Notes under the pieces: generated by a model
Databases searched by the model: none
Told to the model about the DNA's origin: nothing
What the model saw: only the letters and a program-made list of their open reading frames with translations
Part shown: in pieces, positions 9,105 through 20,600 of the stretch
Layout of the letters: each line of letters opens with the position of its first letter
Position numbering within the stretch: position 1 is the first letter of the stretch
Translations under genes and position numbers: made by a program
Virus record (IMG/VR): IMGVR_UViG_3300025289_000026
Span: 14,503 to 78,502 of that record
Reading direction: 5' to 3' (one strand)
Source of the DNA: a virus
DNA length: 64,000 nt

Positions 9105-11688
9105 TTTCCTCCTCGATGCCGCGAACCGGCTACTCCCCGGGGTATTGTCCCGTAGTGTCTCGGGGGTCACCGAGGAGCTAGAGCTTCGTTTCTTCGAAAC
9201 TTCCGAGATTCTTGTCCATTCCCTTGCCCTTGACCCGGACGCACCCTACTACCTTGCGCTCCTGGTGATCTCGGGGATTCTGGATGACCTCCGGGGTATC
9301 GAGAACCAGGTGGCCACGATCCTCGAGACCCTCGCGGCATCGAGAAAAGAAGCCCCACTCCCGCGGGTTGATCGACATTTCGACCTGGCGGCCAATGCCC
9401 TGGCTAACATAAGCACCAAGGTAGCGAGGGGAGGGTTCCCAACGGCTCATGACCTGGAGCTTTACTCTACGGAATCGAGGTTATTTGCCGCGGGCCAATT
9501 GGTCCCCCAGGAGACCGTCCTGAGTGATGAACTCTATAGAATCAAGTTGCTCGGTGCGATCAAGGCGATGAACGAGACCCTTGGGTCTATTCACGAGCGT
9601 GCCGCACGAGTGACCCCAGGGTCATTCTTTGTCGACACTCTGGATGCTTCGATCCCAAAGTCAAGGCAGTTGGACATTTTTCTATCCAGGGTCCAGGGCA
9701 TGGTGGAGTCTCAACGCCTTACCTTGTCGGATCCTTCGTCCGAGGTCAGGGCATCGGCATCTTCCAAGATGCTGGCCGAGACCGCCACCATGATCACGCT
9801 GATCAACACGCTGGTAACCCTTAGGTTCCTGGCGGGCCGCGCCAGGGTCACGGGCCAAGCCATCCCCGTGACGACACTCAACGGTACGTTGGTATCCCCA
9901 GGGGTTCCAGCACATCTCGACGGTACTGTGGAGACTGGAGATCTTGACAATCTTGGAACCCCGCGGGTTCATATAGATCCTGATGACGACACCCTGGTGC
10001 TGGACATCGATCAAGATGGTCTTGGTAACCCGGGGATCGCGGGTCAAGTGATTGTGCTCCCAAGCTCCACGGGCCCGTTGCTCCAGATATTGGACAAACC
10101 AGGGACCGGGTGGGTGACGGAACACGATTTCACCGTGGTGTTCCTGTTACAAATCCATAAGGATGGGGTCTTGACACCGTTGCATCACCGTTTCGTGGTG
10201 ATCCCGTCGTACGATGTGCCTGGTTCTTTGCCGGTCACGGCGGTTGACGGTGACTATGCCTACGTCGTGACCCCGGTGCAGTATTACAAGCGGGTCACGG
10301 GGGTGTGGACAGCCATCGGGACCACGGCCCCCACGATCACGAGGCTCGAGTACAAAGGATTCTTCGATGATTCTCGCCGGACCCTCACGACGACCAACCA
10401 TGCACCCACGGGGCTAGTGCTGTCGGACGTCGTCGACACTACCGACGCAATGTCACCCGACCGTCTTGAGTTCACGATGAAGTCAGTCGTGACCTGGCGG
10501 GAGCGCGGGTCCGACATCACGATCCAGCTCCAGACCATTGGGACCGACCAGACCAGTTACGCTGGCTCTCCCTCGGTAGCCCAGGGGCTTGGCCCTTTGA
10601 TCGATTCTGAGATCGACGGAGCTTTCGTAGGATCCCCAGGCAACCAGTTCACCACTGGATCGGGAGACTTTACTTTGGTTCGCCCGGGCCATGTGCTCCG
10701 GGTCCTCACGGGCACGAATCCAGGGGACTACCGTGTTACCGCGGTGCCGAGTGCATCGCTTCTGGAATTCGATGGATCGATTGCCGCGGAGACGGGTCTG
10801 ACTTACGAGATCGTCACGGTCTCGGGATCGAACCTCCTGGTGGCCGTGGGCACCAGCCCCACGCTGCCCGATATCGTCGATGCAATCAACCTTGGGTACG
10901 GAACTGTCGTGTTGGCGGAACAACGACCGGGCCGAAGGATCCGGATCTCGTCCCTGATCTCTGGGGTGTCGATTTCTGGCAGCACGGCCATGGGGTCGAG
11001 ACTCAGGGTCTTGAGTCAACCGGCCGGCAGCGTGGTCCCCACGTTGTTGGGGCTATCGGTCGATCCGGTGTATGGACGCTGTACCGCGTTGCTGGATCGT
11101 CAGCATGACCTTGTGGCCGCCGGGATCTTGATCGGCATGATGGTGGAGTTAGGCGCCACGATTCTTGAGACCGGGGGGGACGAAACCTTGGTCTCAAGGG
11201 TCTTGGGATCCAATAGCTTTGCTCCTCTTCGGAAAATCCTTTCGATTCCCTCGGCAGTGGAGTACAGGCTTTTGGCCCTTGGGGCCAAGGGATACCAGGA
11301 CACCATTGAGCCGGTGGCCGGCGCCTTGAAGGCCGCGATCGAGGTGTTGCCACTTGATACTGAAGCTCTATCGGTCCTGTTGGGCAAGTCGGTCAATAGC
11401 CCTGGGGATGTGCGCCGGTCACGTGATTATCTCGTGGACAAGTTCGGAAATCCTGCGGATCCATTGGACCCAGGGCCTGTGTCGGTATTGATACGAGAGT
11501 TTTCTAAGTACCAGGCCCCTGTATCCAGATCATTGGAATCCGCGATCGCGGGGATGCGGGAACGAGGGTTCGATCAGTCGGTTGACAAGTTATTGACTGG
11601 AGATGTCGAGGGAGCACTCGATGAGGCCAATGCAGCCTATGGATTATCGTTGAAACGGTCATTTCAGTCCCTTGGGGTTACACTGTAG
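9091..11688 (+). CDS. Large putative tail/baseplate protein
   Basis: 865 aa; helical termini, beta-rich centre with the VxPG module; in the tail operon. Confidence 0.65.
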   Translation: MPANDFLLDAANRLLPGVLSRSVSGVTEELELRFFETSEILVHSLALDPDAPYYLALLVISGILDDLRGIENQVATILETLAASRKEAPLPRVDRHFDLAANALANISTKVARGGFPTAHDLELYSTESRLFAAGQLVPQETVLSDELYRIKLLGAIKAMNETLGSIHERAARVTPGSFFVDTLDASIPKSRQLDIFLSRVQGMVESQRLTLSDPSSEVRASASSKMLAETATMITLINTLVTLRFLAGRARVTGQAIPVTTLNGTLVSPGVPAHLDGTVETGDLDNLGTPRVHIDPDDDTLVLDIDQDGLGNPGIAGQVIVLPSSTGPLLQILDKPGTGWVTEHDFTVVFLLQIHKDGVLTPLHHRFVVIPSYDVPGSLPVTAVDGDYAYVVTPVQYYKRVTGVWTAIGTTAPTITRLEYKGFFDDSRRTLTTTNHAPTGLVLSDVVDTTDAMSPDRLEFTMKSVVTWRERGSDITIQLQTIGTDQTSYAGSPSVAQGLGPLIDSEIDGAFVGSPGNQFTTGSGDFTLVRPGHVLRVLTGTNPGDYRVTAVPSASLLEFDGSIAAETGLTYEIVTVSGSNLLVAVGTSPTLPDIVDAINLGYGTVVLAEQRPGRRIRISSLISGVSISGSTAMGSRLRVLSQPAGSVVPTLLGLSVDPVYGRCTALLDRQHDLVAAGILIGMMVELGATILETGGDETLVSRVLGSNSFAPLRKILSIPSAVEYRLLALGAKGYQDTIEPVAGALKAAIEVLPLDTEALSVLLGKSVNSPGDVRRSRDYLVDKFGNPADPLDPGPVSVLIREFSKYQAPVSRSLESAIAGMRERGFDQSVDKLLTGDVEGALDEANAAYGLSLKRSFQSLGVTL

Positions 11689-11690
11689 CG

Positions 11691-11969
11691 ATGCCGGTAC
11701 TTTCTCGAAATGATGTCTATTACCTGGGCCTCGCGTCCGCGGCCATCAGGCGATCAACCCGTACGATGGAGTTTGCCACCACGCTCTCGGCCCTGAAGCA
11801 AGAGGCCATCGATGCGATAGGCGGGGATGGCAAAACCCTGGAGGCCGATGTCCCGCTCTCAAGGTTGGATTTCCTCACCATGTTGGAGAAGCGGGTAGAC
11901 GATATTGTCGCGACCGCGGTGGTCCGGAGCCCCGAGATCTTGACCGATGAACTTTTATTGGCCAGATGA
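11691..11969 (+). CDS. Hypothetical protein
   Basis: Tightly packed between neighbours. Confidence 0.65.
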   Translation: MPVLSRNDVYYLGLASAAIRRSTRTMEFATTLSALKQEAIDAIGGDGKTLEADVPLSRLDFLTMLEKRVDDIVATAVVRSPEILTDELLLAR

Positions 11970-12850
11970 TGAAAGACTTGTCAATATTCCATCTGGCTAA
12001 CCGTGCTACTCTCGAGGATGTGGTATCCCTTGGGTCCAGGGTCGAGACCAAGGTCTACCGGACGGTCGAGACCCCTGGGCCATTGTTCAACCTGGCGGTC
12101 AACGTGGAGATCAAGTCCCTGGTGGTCCGGGTGGACGGGGTACAGTTGCTCCCAACGACCGATATCCCTGGGGTCGGGCAGTTTCGTCTGGTGTATGGAG
12201 AGGGCCCGGGGGGCGAGGATCAGGTAGAGGTGAGTGTTGACCAGGATTTCGTGGAGCTGACGGCCGTGTACAGTAAGCTCACGGATCTGGATGCTGTGTA
12301 CTTCGAGCTCAGGGGCAAGGGCCTGAGGTTTGTCACCGATGTCTTCGTGGGGGCCGATAGGGTTGAGGAAATCATTCCGATCAATGACACCAAGCTTTGG
12401 ATCCGGGTGCCAACAGGCGACGCCCCGGGGGTATTTCTTGAGAACTTGAGGGCATTGGTACCTCTGGACCACAGCCCTGCGGCGTCCGACATCATCGTGG
12501 ACCTATCGACTCGATCCCGCGCGGCCACGGGGTCCAAAATCCTGATCCAGCGGTTCCTTTCGATCTTGATGTCGCCCGAGGGTGCTAATTTGTCTGACCT
12601 TATACCTAAGGGTCGTACCAATACCCCCCAGTTTCGTGCTACTCTACTGAGCAGGACATCCATGGCCGTCACGATCACGAAGAACAAGATGATCCGCACG
12701 ACTCCCAAGAACGCAACCCCTGGGGAAGTTATTGTTGCGGCCTTTGTCACCGGGGTGACGTTTTTGCCCGATGGTTCTGCCGAGGTGTCGGTGAAACTTA
12801 AGAATCGCGCTGGTTCCACGGTATCGGTACCCTTGAGCCTGGGGACATAG
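11966..12850 (+). CDS. Baseplate wedge protein, gp25/gpW-like C-terminus with an IPT/TIG-like domain
   Basis: ATGSKILIQRFLSILMS; lies immediately upstream of the baseplate J-like gene. Confidence 0.55.
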   Translation: MMKDLSIFHLANRATLEDVVSLGSRVETKVYRTVETPGPLFNLAVNVEIKSLVVRVDGVQLLPTTDIPGVGQFRLVYGEGPGGEDQVEVSVDQDFVELTAVYSKLTDLDAVYFELRGKGLRFVTDVFVGADRVEEIIPINDTKLWIRVPTGDAPGVFLENLRALVPLDHSPAASDIIVDLSTRSRAATGSKILIQRFLSILMSPEGANLSDLIPKGRTNTPQFRATLLSRTSMAVTITKNKMIRTTPKNATPGEVIVAAFVTGVTFLPDGSAEVSVKLKNRAGSTVSVPLSLGT

Positions 12851-12851
12851 T

Positions 12852-15800
12852 ATGGAAGAAATTATCGAGAAGATACGTGAACTCATGGGTCAGGTTGACC
12901 CCGCGTTCGATGTGTCGGCCGGTTCGGCATTCGATACCGTGGTGTTGCAGTACGTCCGGGATCAGTTCGGTGTCGAGGACCTGACCCTTGATATCGAGGA
13001 CATGATCATCAGGAGGATCGAGCAACTCGACCCCGAGATCCTGACGGCCGAGGGGAGTCCGATTCGTGAGTTCCTGATCAAGCCCTTGACCGCGATCCTC
13101 CAGGTCCCGAGGCTCGAGATCCAGCGGATAAAGAACAACCAAGATCTAAATAATTTCAACGACATGACCGACCTCGAGCTCGAGCGCCGGTTGTCGAACT
13201 TTTTCGTCTCACGGCGCCAGGGTGACGTAGCCGTAGGGGTCGTGAGGGCTTTCTTCGCATCCCCGGTGCCCGTCCGGACCAACTTGACCAACAGGGCCAC
13301 GACGTCGACTGGCCTGGGGTACTTGCCGGATGGAGCCTTCACCGCGTCCCAACAGCTGGTCGCGAGCCAGAAGTCCGATGGACTCTTCTTCGTCGATATC
13401 CCGTACGTCGCGGAGAACCGGGGGCAGCAGTACAACGTGGACCCCGGGGCCATCTCGGCGATCGACAATCTCCCGGGTCTTGTCCGGGCGACCAATGTGG
13501 AGGCGTTCGTTGGAGGGATCCCACGAGAAGACAACACCGCCATGTTGAACCGTGCGCTAAAGAGCTTGGCAGAACGATCCCTCAGTTCACGCAACAGTAT
13601 CGTGACGATCCTGTTCGAGCGGTTCTCCAACAAGCTCTTGTCCATCATCCCGATCGGCTTTGGGGATATTGAGATGCAGCGGGACGTCTTTACGGTCGAG
13701 CCCTCGGTCTTGAAGGCCGGGGTCAGGATCATGTTGATACCTGGGGGCGGTAACGCTACCTTTGACCTCGACAGCCCCGAGGTGGACGATAGCTCAACGC
13801 TATTCCGGGTGTTCGACGGTACTACCGAGTTGACCAAGGTGGCGTCATTCACGGGTCCGGATCAATTTATGTTTCTCGACAACGCGGGTCCCGGGGGTGT
13901 TGATCAGATTGTCCTGGACACCGCGACTGCCGAGGTCGTGACGGTGTTGCTACACGACCGCTCCGCCGTGGTGGATTTGATCCGCACGATCCCGGGGTCG
14001 ATCGAGTTGCCCCCGTTGTTTCCTGCGCCTGACCAGAGCCAAGACATCCACGTGGGCGGTAAGGCCGACATCTTTGTCAAGCCCTCGACCCACGAGGTGG
14101 ATTCTGTCAAGGTGCTGGTCCTGGGGAACTTCACGGTATTCAAGGCAGACGACGGGGCTATCTACCAGGAGCCCGATGGGTCGTGGTACTTCGAGACAGC
14201 CCGACGGCTCGACCTCCAGGAGATGGGGGTGTTGCCAGGAGATTTTGTCGAATTGGTGTCGGAAGATTACCTTGAAGGCCAATACGTCCGGGCCGGCGAG
14301 AGCTTCGTGGCCGAGCAGCTGGATCTGGCGAACAAGAGGATCAAGTTGGCGGGTGTGCCGGCGGGATTCATCGCGGTGGTGGACCGGGACGTTCGGATCC
14401 GGATTCCAGAGGCCAGGGCATTCCCGTTGGAACGGTTGGTCGCGGTGGACAACCAGAATGCCGCCGTGTTCCTTGACACCAGTGGGGTCAACACGGGTGA
14501 ATTCAGCACCGCGGCCCGGCCCTTGGCCCCGGGGTTCGGGAGTTTCAATCGCGATATCTCGGATCCCGCGTTTGCCCGGACGTTCCAAACCCCCGTCCCC
14601 ATGGTCGCGACCCGGGGGTCTACTATTTTTGATCACGAGGGAAGCCCCGTGCTCTACGGCATCGGGATCGAGACGGGTGCAGGAGAAGTGTTGTACTTTA
14701 CCGCCGAGGAGAACATCGCGAGCGGGAGTTTGAATCGCCCATGGACTCGAATCCTCGATGTCAAGATATTGGACTCCTTGTCCTTGGAACCTATTGCCGA
14801 CGAGACCCTCGCGTCCATCTACCCCGCGGATATCCGGTCAGTCGATCTGGCCGGCGGGGTCGACGAGGTCAACGAGGCCGCGGGTAACGTCAGGATTTAT
14901 TTTGAGAAGCCGGTCACGATCCTGTTGTACGGATCGGACTATGGGGCCGAGCAGACGAGGTTTGTCCACCGGGTGACCCGGGAGGTCGAGCCTGGGGTTT
15001 TCGTAGAGTTCAATCTCAAGTACCGGCTTATCACCCATGGGCCCGCCGGCTCCCCCGCGGTGCTGTTGTTGCCTCCTGATTTCCGAGAAGAGAACGGCCT
15101 CTGGTTCATCGAGTTGGCTGTCCAGGGGGATCATGTAGAATCCGAACGCAGCGATGCTGCCGACGTGACGGAATCGGATCTCGTGTTGGGCGATGGAGCC
15201 GTCATGGTGATCGGGGATGTGGATCTTGAGGATGATCTTGTCCACCAGGTCGGTGAACTGGAGTTCGAGTCAGCCGGCGACCCAAGCCCCAGGCTCGCGG
15301 GCAACGCGACCGGTGGGCTCGAAACCCCTGTAGACTCGTTGCACCCGTATCTCTTGTACACAGGTACCGGCTGGACAGGAGGCATCTTTACGGCCAATTC
15401 ATCGTTTGTTTCGTTCCGAACCAACCAGATTCGAATCGGTGATTTTCTCCGCACGTTGGTCCAGGCTCCGGCATCTTACGCTACGATTACGACTGGGTCT
15501 GTACAAGTACCACCTAACGACTACAAGTACAAGGATCCATCGTTGAACTTTGGGCCCACGGGTGTGAATGTCAAAGTAGGGGATATTGTCACTGGCTTGA
15601 CCCCAAGTCCGGTATACGTCGTCGCCATCTCGACCGATACCAACCCGAACGATACCCTTGAACTGTCAAGTGTTGTTACCCCTTTGGGCCTCGTCACTAT
15701 CTCTCTATGGCGTTGGGTTGCATATTCCACGTATCCAATTGTGGATGTACCATCTGAGGGCACTGTTCAGGTAGAAGAACCTGGAAATGAAGTTGCACCA

Positions 15801-17474
15801 ATCCGATTCGTCATCCTGAACCAAGAGGGTACTTTCCGGCTGAAGAACCCCCACATCCGCCTGAGCGCAGAACTTCTGGAGGATGGGACCACTGGGAATT
15901 TGCCCAATCGCAGTTACCGAGCTGAAGGTTTCCGTGTGGAACCTCGTAACCCTTACGACCGTCGGTTACTGGATCGTCAGTACACCTTTGGGGTCGAGGA
16001 GTTGAGCTACTTCCGCTATACCGAGGGGTCGAACTCCGAATACTTGCCGAACCTCGACCCATCGGGTAGTGAGCTTCGCCTGTTGGCCGAGCGGGCCGTG
16101 GTAGACGGGAGAGCTCGCGGGAACTTCACCTTCATGTGCGGGCGCCGCGTCGCGGTCAAGGGGCCGGGCTATGAATTTGTAACAGGCCCATCGGTCGTGA
16201 TGTACGACACCTTCCCCTCGGCCACGGGGCTCGCGGGAGTATCGTCCGTGGCGGCGAATCAACCATCACTCCCACCGACTTTTAAGAAAAATCTTGTTGA
16301 CGGTACCTTGACCAATGATTCGATTGATTCTCAACACCTCAGGGCGCTGATCGGCTCCTTGGAGCTTCGGCAGATTCCCTATGTACCGACGGATCTGCCG
16401 ATGACCCTTGGGTTCGACTATATGTTTGGTAAACAGGCGGGCGATTCAGCAGCCGATGCATTGTTTTTCTCGGCCGACACGATCGCGCAACTTGGTATCG
16501 AGGTAGTGGCCTTGTCTGCCCCCGCCAGCGTGACTTTCAGCGCAGGGAATAATTTTGAAGATGCTGGGTTCGATTTTGTGGCCGCGGGGGTGGTGCCGGG
16601 AGATTTCCTATGGATTCGTAAGCAGGGGTCTCCTCCTAACACTGGGCTAGACATTGGGTTCTTCAAGATCGCGGTTGTGGGTTCTCCCCCGTTACCCAAT
16701 GTTAATCAAGTGGAAGTCGTCGGCACGCCTTTCGTGACTGTTGGGGCGGACACTACGATCGAGTACGGGGTCATCAGGCCCAATGGCAAGCGGATCGATA
16801 TTCAACACTTGATACGGCTTGACGGAATCATCTTGGCGACCGGCGCGGCCCCGGTCTCGTTGACCGACGGGATCTTGACCGTCACGCTGCCCGTAACCCC
16901 TCGGCCGGCCAAGTTGGTGGCCAGCACGATCAATGGGTCAGCTATTCTGCTCTACAGCGTCCTGGGGGATCAGGATCTCGAGGCCGATGTGCCGGACGGT
17001 TCCTACACCCGTGGTACTGCCCCGGTGAATGAGCTTGGGGAGAACTATACGTCCGTTGGGCTCCAGGGGCGGGACATTGAGATCGAGTACGAATGGTCAA
17101 GGTCGGCCCGTGAGACCCACGAGTACGTGGTGGCGCCGTCGACCCGTTCGATTAACCAAGACCTTCTAGTGCGCCACGGGATCCCCGTGTACGTGAATAT
17201 CCGCATGACGGTCAACTCGCCATTTGCCTCGTCTCAAGACCTTGAGGATGCGCTCAGAAGCTATATCCTGGTGCTCGACCAGACTGACCTCAAGACTTCG
17301 AATCTCGTGCGGTTGCCCGCGATTGCCAAGCACGTCCCGATCCCCGTGTCGATCATCGGGGTCACGGTGCTGGAGGATAGGACGTTGTCAACTTATCGGT
17401 CGGACGACGGGATCGATTACCGCCGCATCGAAGTCGTGCTCCCAAACGACATCGAAGTCACCGTGACGTCGTGA
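12852..17474 (+). CDS. Baseplate J/gp6-like wedge protein with a very large central insertion
   Basis: EGSPIREFL, RRQGDVAVG, YVAENRGQQYNVDPGAI..VRATNVEAFVGG..EDN..LNR, typical of baseplate J. Confidence 0.8.
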   Translation: MEEIIEKIRELMGQVDPAFDVSAGSAFDTVVLQYVRDQFGVEDLTLDIEDMIIRRIEQLDPEILTAEGSPIREFLIKPLTAILQVPRLEIQRIKNNQDLNNFNDMTDLELERRLSNFFVSRRQGDVAVGVVRAFFASPVPVRTNLTNRATTSTGLGYLPDGAFTASQQLVASQKSDGLFFVDIPYVAENRGQQYNVDPGAISAIDNLPGLVRATNVEAFVGGIPREDNTAMLNRALKSLAERSLSSRNSIVTILFERFSNKLLSIIPIGFGDIEMQRDVFTVEPSVLKAGVRIMLIPGGGNATFDLDSPEVDDSSTLFRVFDGTTELTKVASFTGPDQFMFLDNAGPGGVDQIVLDTATAEVVTVLLHDRSAVVDLIRTIPGSIELPPLFPAPDQSQDIHVGGKADIFVKPSTHEVDSVKVLVLGNFTVFKADDGAIYQEPDGSWYFETARRLDLQEMGVLPGDFVELVSEDYLEGQYVRAGESFVAEQLDLANKRIKLAGVPAGFIAVVDRDVRIRIPEARAFPLERLVAVDNQNAAVFLDTSGVNTGEFSTAARPLAPGFGSFNRDISDPAFARTFQTPVPMVATRGSTIFDHEGSPVLYGIGIETGAGEVLYFTAEENIASGSLNRPWTRILDVKILDSLSLEPIADETLASIYPADIRSVDLAGGVDEVNEAAGNVRIYFEKPVTILLYGSDYGAEQTRFVHRVTREVEPGVFVEFNLKYRLITHGPAGSPAVLLLPPDFREENGLWFIELAVQGDHVESERSDAADVTESDLVLGDGAVMVIGDVDLEDDLVHQVGELEFESAGDPSPRLAGNATGGLETPVDSLHPYLLYTGTGWTGGIFTANSSFVSFRTNQIRIGDFLRTLVQAPASYATITTGSVQVPPNDYKYKDPSLNFGPTGVNVKVGDIVTGLTPSPVYVVAISTDTNPNDTLELSSVVTPLGLVTISLWRWVAYSTYPIVDVPSEGTVQVEEPGNEVAPIRFVILNQEGTFRLKNPHIRLSAELLEDGTTGNLPNRSYRAEGFRVEPRNPYDRRLLDRQYTFGVEELSYFRYTEGSNSEYLPNLDPSGSELRLLAERAVVDGRARGNFTFMCGRRVAVKGPGYEFVTGPSVVMYDTFPSATGLAGVSSVAANQPSLPPTFKKNLVDGTLTNDSIDSQHLRALIGSLELRQIPYVPTDLPMTLGFDYMFGKQAGDSAADALFFSADTIAQLGIEVVALSAPASVTFSAGNNFEDAGFDFVAAGVVPGDFLWIRKQGSPPNTGLDIGFFKIAVVGSPPLPNVNQVEVVGTPFVTVGADTTIEYGVIRPNGKRIDIQHLIRLDGIILATGAAPVSLTDGILTVTLPVTPRPAKLVASTINGSAILLYSVLGDQDLEADVPDGSYTRGTAPVNELGENYTSVGLQGRDIEIEYEWSRSARETHEYVVAPSTRSINQDLLVRHGIPVYVNIRMTVNSPFASSQDLEDALRSYILVLDQTDLKTSNLVRLPAIAKHVPIPVSIIGVTVLEDRTLSTYRSDDGIDYRRIEVVLPNDIEVTVTS

Positions 17475-17559
17475 TATGGCCGCACCCTGTACACAACTGT
17501 ACCGTGGCGGCCTGGCTCTTGTTGTTCAACAGGGTACCGCCGCACCGGCACGTCGCCAT
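17458..17559 (-). CDS. Candidate 33-aa zinc-ribbon micro-protein
   Basis: MATCRCGGTLLNNKSQAATVQLCTGCGHITTSR; occupies the 167-nt gap between two baseplate genes; AGGT upstream. Confidence 0.45.
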   Translation of the reverse strand: MATCRCGGTLLNNKSQAATVQLCTGCGHITTSR

Positions 17560-17641
17560 GGTGGTGACCTGGCCGGCCGCCAGGCTCTTGACCCATTGAT
17601 CTTCGAAACAGTGGGGAGCCACGGCATCCAGGAGATCCAAG

Positions 17642-20600
17642 ATGCCTAAGATCTTTGGGTCCTCGGTTGAGTCTTCGTTCTTCAAGTTTTTGTCCAAGAT
17701 TTGGGATAAGCTCCCGCAGGACGATCGAGATTTCCTTGCGGAGTATTGGCGTGGGTTGATCCGCGGGGCATCGGACGAATACCTCAACATTCTACAGGTC
17801 GAGGCCGCGACCGGCATCCTGTCGATCAATCCGTTTGAGGTCAAGAAGTGGCGCCCCATCGAGGTGCGGAAAGTCCTGGGGTTCAAAGACCAGGATGCAG
17901 ACGGCCTCGTCTCGGTATATCCATCGGGCCGCACGACCCCACACCATCTTGACCACGGGATCGCGAGGATCGAGGGACTGTATCGAAATCTCGAGGCTCT
18001 GCATTTTGAACTCGACCCTCCTGTACCTCATGCCCAGGTGTTCGATTTCTCGTTTGACATGCGGTTGACCCGCCTGGGTCCCCAGGGCGATGCCGTGGCC
18101 GTGGGGTACTACGACGGGGAGGGCGTGCGTGCTCGAGCCTCGTCGGTTGCCCTGGTGTTTGGCAAGATCGCGGGTACCGAGTTCGTCCCCGTGGTCACGT
18201 TGGTGGGGTCCGACACGACCGTCAAGGTGGGGTTCGCGCTCCCCGAGGTGATCTCACCGACCGGGATCTTGGCCGCGGGGTTCGCGTTCTCCAACCAGGA
18301 GAACCTCGCGGTCGTGGCACCCAGGTTGTTGCCCAGCACCACACTGGAGGGCGGGCAAGCGGCAGTCCAGGTACCCGAAGGTAGCTACGGATCGGTGTCA
18401 TTGCTCCTCAGTACACCCCCGGGCCCAGGGGATCGGTTGTTCCACGTGTACCGTTCCCCCACGAATTTCCAAGACAGTTATGAACTCCTCACGACCCAGG
18501 GGCCTGTGGAACTGACCAACGTGGCGTTAGGCGAATACAGTCTCCAGTTCAGTACCTCGGGGGTGCCGTTCAATCAAGGCGATTGGATTAAGATCCGGCC
18601 CCTGTCGCTCGATGCACAATTCACCTTCCAGTCGGGCGCACCTCCATTCATGCCTTTACGAGTCCAGCAGACGACTTCGAAACTATCGCTCACCTGGGCT
18701 GCTGCTTCGGGGTCCGAAGCCCCGGGCCTGTGGCTCGTGACATCCGACACCCTCGGGCTGTACGAATCGCTCCAGGCGGTCAAGATCCTGGAGGGCACGA
18801 TCAATCCCTTGGATGACCTGACGACGTTTCACTTCGAGGACTTCCACACCTACAGGGTCGATGTCGGCAACGGGTTGATCAAGGTGTTGATCGACGGGGC
18901 CGAAGTCTTGTCCCAGGGGTTCGACCATAGGTCAGATCGTGAGTTCGGCGCCTTCGGGATCTACTCGTTGGAGGGTGCCGTAGGGTCACTCGCGTTCTTC
19001 CGCAATACCAAGTTTTTCCGGTTCAACCTTGACCAAAGGATCGCGGAACTCCCGGCCCTGTATGACAAGTACGAGCAGGCCACCAAGGTCCTGGAGATCG
19101 GGTCCAACTACACCCTTGAGCCCGGGATCCTGAGGTTCAACAGCTTGGCGGACGTGGGGATCGACGACATCATGGTGGCGGAGTACGTGGGGTACTCGAC
19201 CCGCCGGATCGAGACGACCTATGGATTGCTCGCTGGGGTCACGGGACCCGACAGCCTCGAGATGAAGAACAGGACCATCGCGATCTGGAACGCCCTGTGG
19301 AGCGGGGCCCAGCTCGAGAGTATCCGGAAGGGCGTCCAGGCATTCCTTGGACTCCCCATCAGTTTGGTAGAGGGTTTTGTTACGAGCGACACCTCGGTGG
19401 ACAATTTCATCGATATCGATGGGGTCCGCTACACATTCAAAGAGCCTGTGGGCCCAGGGGTTAACCCCAGGACGGGGAAGATATTTCAACGCGGTGACTA
19501 CGTGGCCTCCATGACCGCGTTGTCCAGTGGCGTTACGGTCCGGGACCTGGTGGTCCAGCGGGGCTGGTGGTATCAGCACCAACAGGATGGCAATCTCCAC
19601 GAATTACAGAAATACCACTACTTCGAAGTCGAGATCGATGACCGGCTCGTCGACCCCGCCATCATCATCGAGGTCGAGGCATTCCTGGATCGTATCAGAC
19701 CCATCGGCGACCGTTTCTTCGTGGTGGCCCGGGGGGATAACCTCGATACCCTGGTGGTCGAGGGGAACGAGAGCCGTGTGGCTCTGCTGGATCCAACCAC
19801 GGGGGACCCACGGCGAGTGTTCATTGGGGATTCGAGTGATCCGGCGGTTGTCTGCACCCCCTACATCCTCACGACCCCGGAGCCCGCGACCCTGGGGTAC
19901 CAGATGTTCGGTGCCTTGACGATCCAGGAGGTAGAAGGATTGTTCGACCTCCAGGAAGGCCAGAGCCTCACGGGCATCGAGGTCGGGGGGTTTGGAGATC
20001 CTGACCCTGCGTTCCTGGAGTTCAACTTGATCCAGAGTGGAACCGGTGGAGCCACCACGGCCCCATTGCTGTTTTCCGACCCCACGCTCGCGGGTCCCAC
20101 GACCTTCACGGCCACGGGCGTCAGGCCGGGCGATGTCCTGACGATTCTGCTGGGTCCACTGTTTGGTAACTACCAGGTATCCGAGGTCACGAGTCCCACG
20201 ACCCTGGAGATCAACCCGACGTTCCGGCCCTTCGTGACCAACGGGGGGCCACTGCTCTACGAGGTCACGAGACCAGCGGTATACAACGGGGCCATGAGTT
20301 CCTTCTTCCCTGTGGGCGGGTACCTGGTACGACCCGGCGCTACCTTGGTCATCAAGGCCGATTATTTTCCTGAAGTTTCGGTAATTGTTGGTATCGAGCC
20401 TGCTGTGGACCCATTCTTAGCGCCGTTTGTTCAGCCAGAGGATCTTGTGGATGCGCTTTTCTTTCTAAACGGGGAATCCAAGATCCCGGGGGCGATCCCG
20501 AAGCTCCAGTTCCTGAGGGTCGACACACGAGATTTTCCACCATTCGCTACACCGCCGCGGCGCCTTTGTATCGAGACCGCGGCGAGCAAGGGGATGAATT

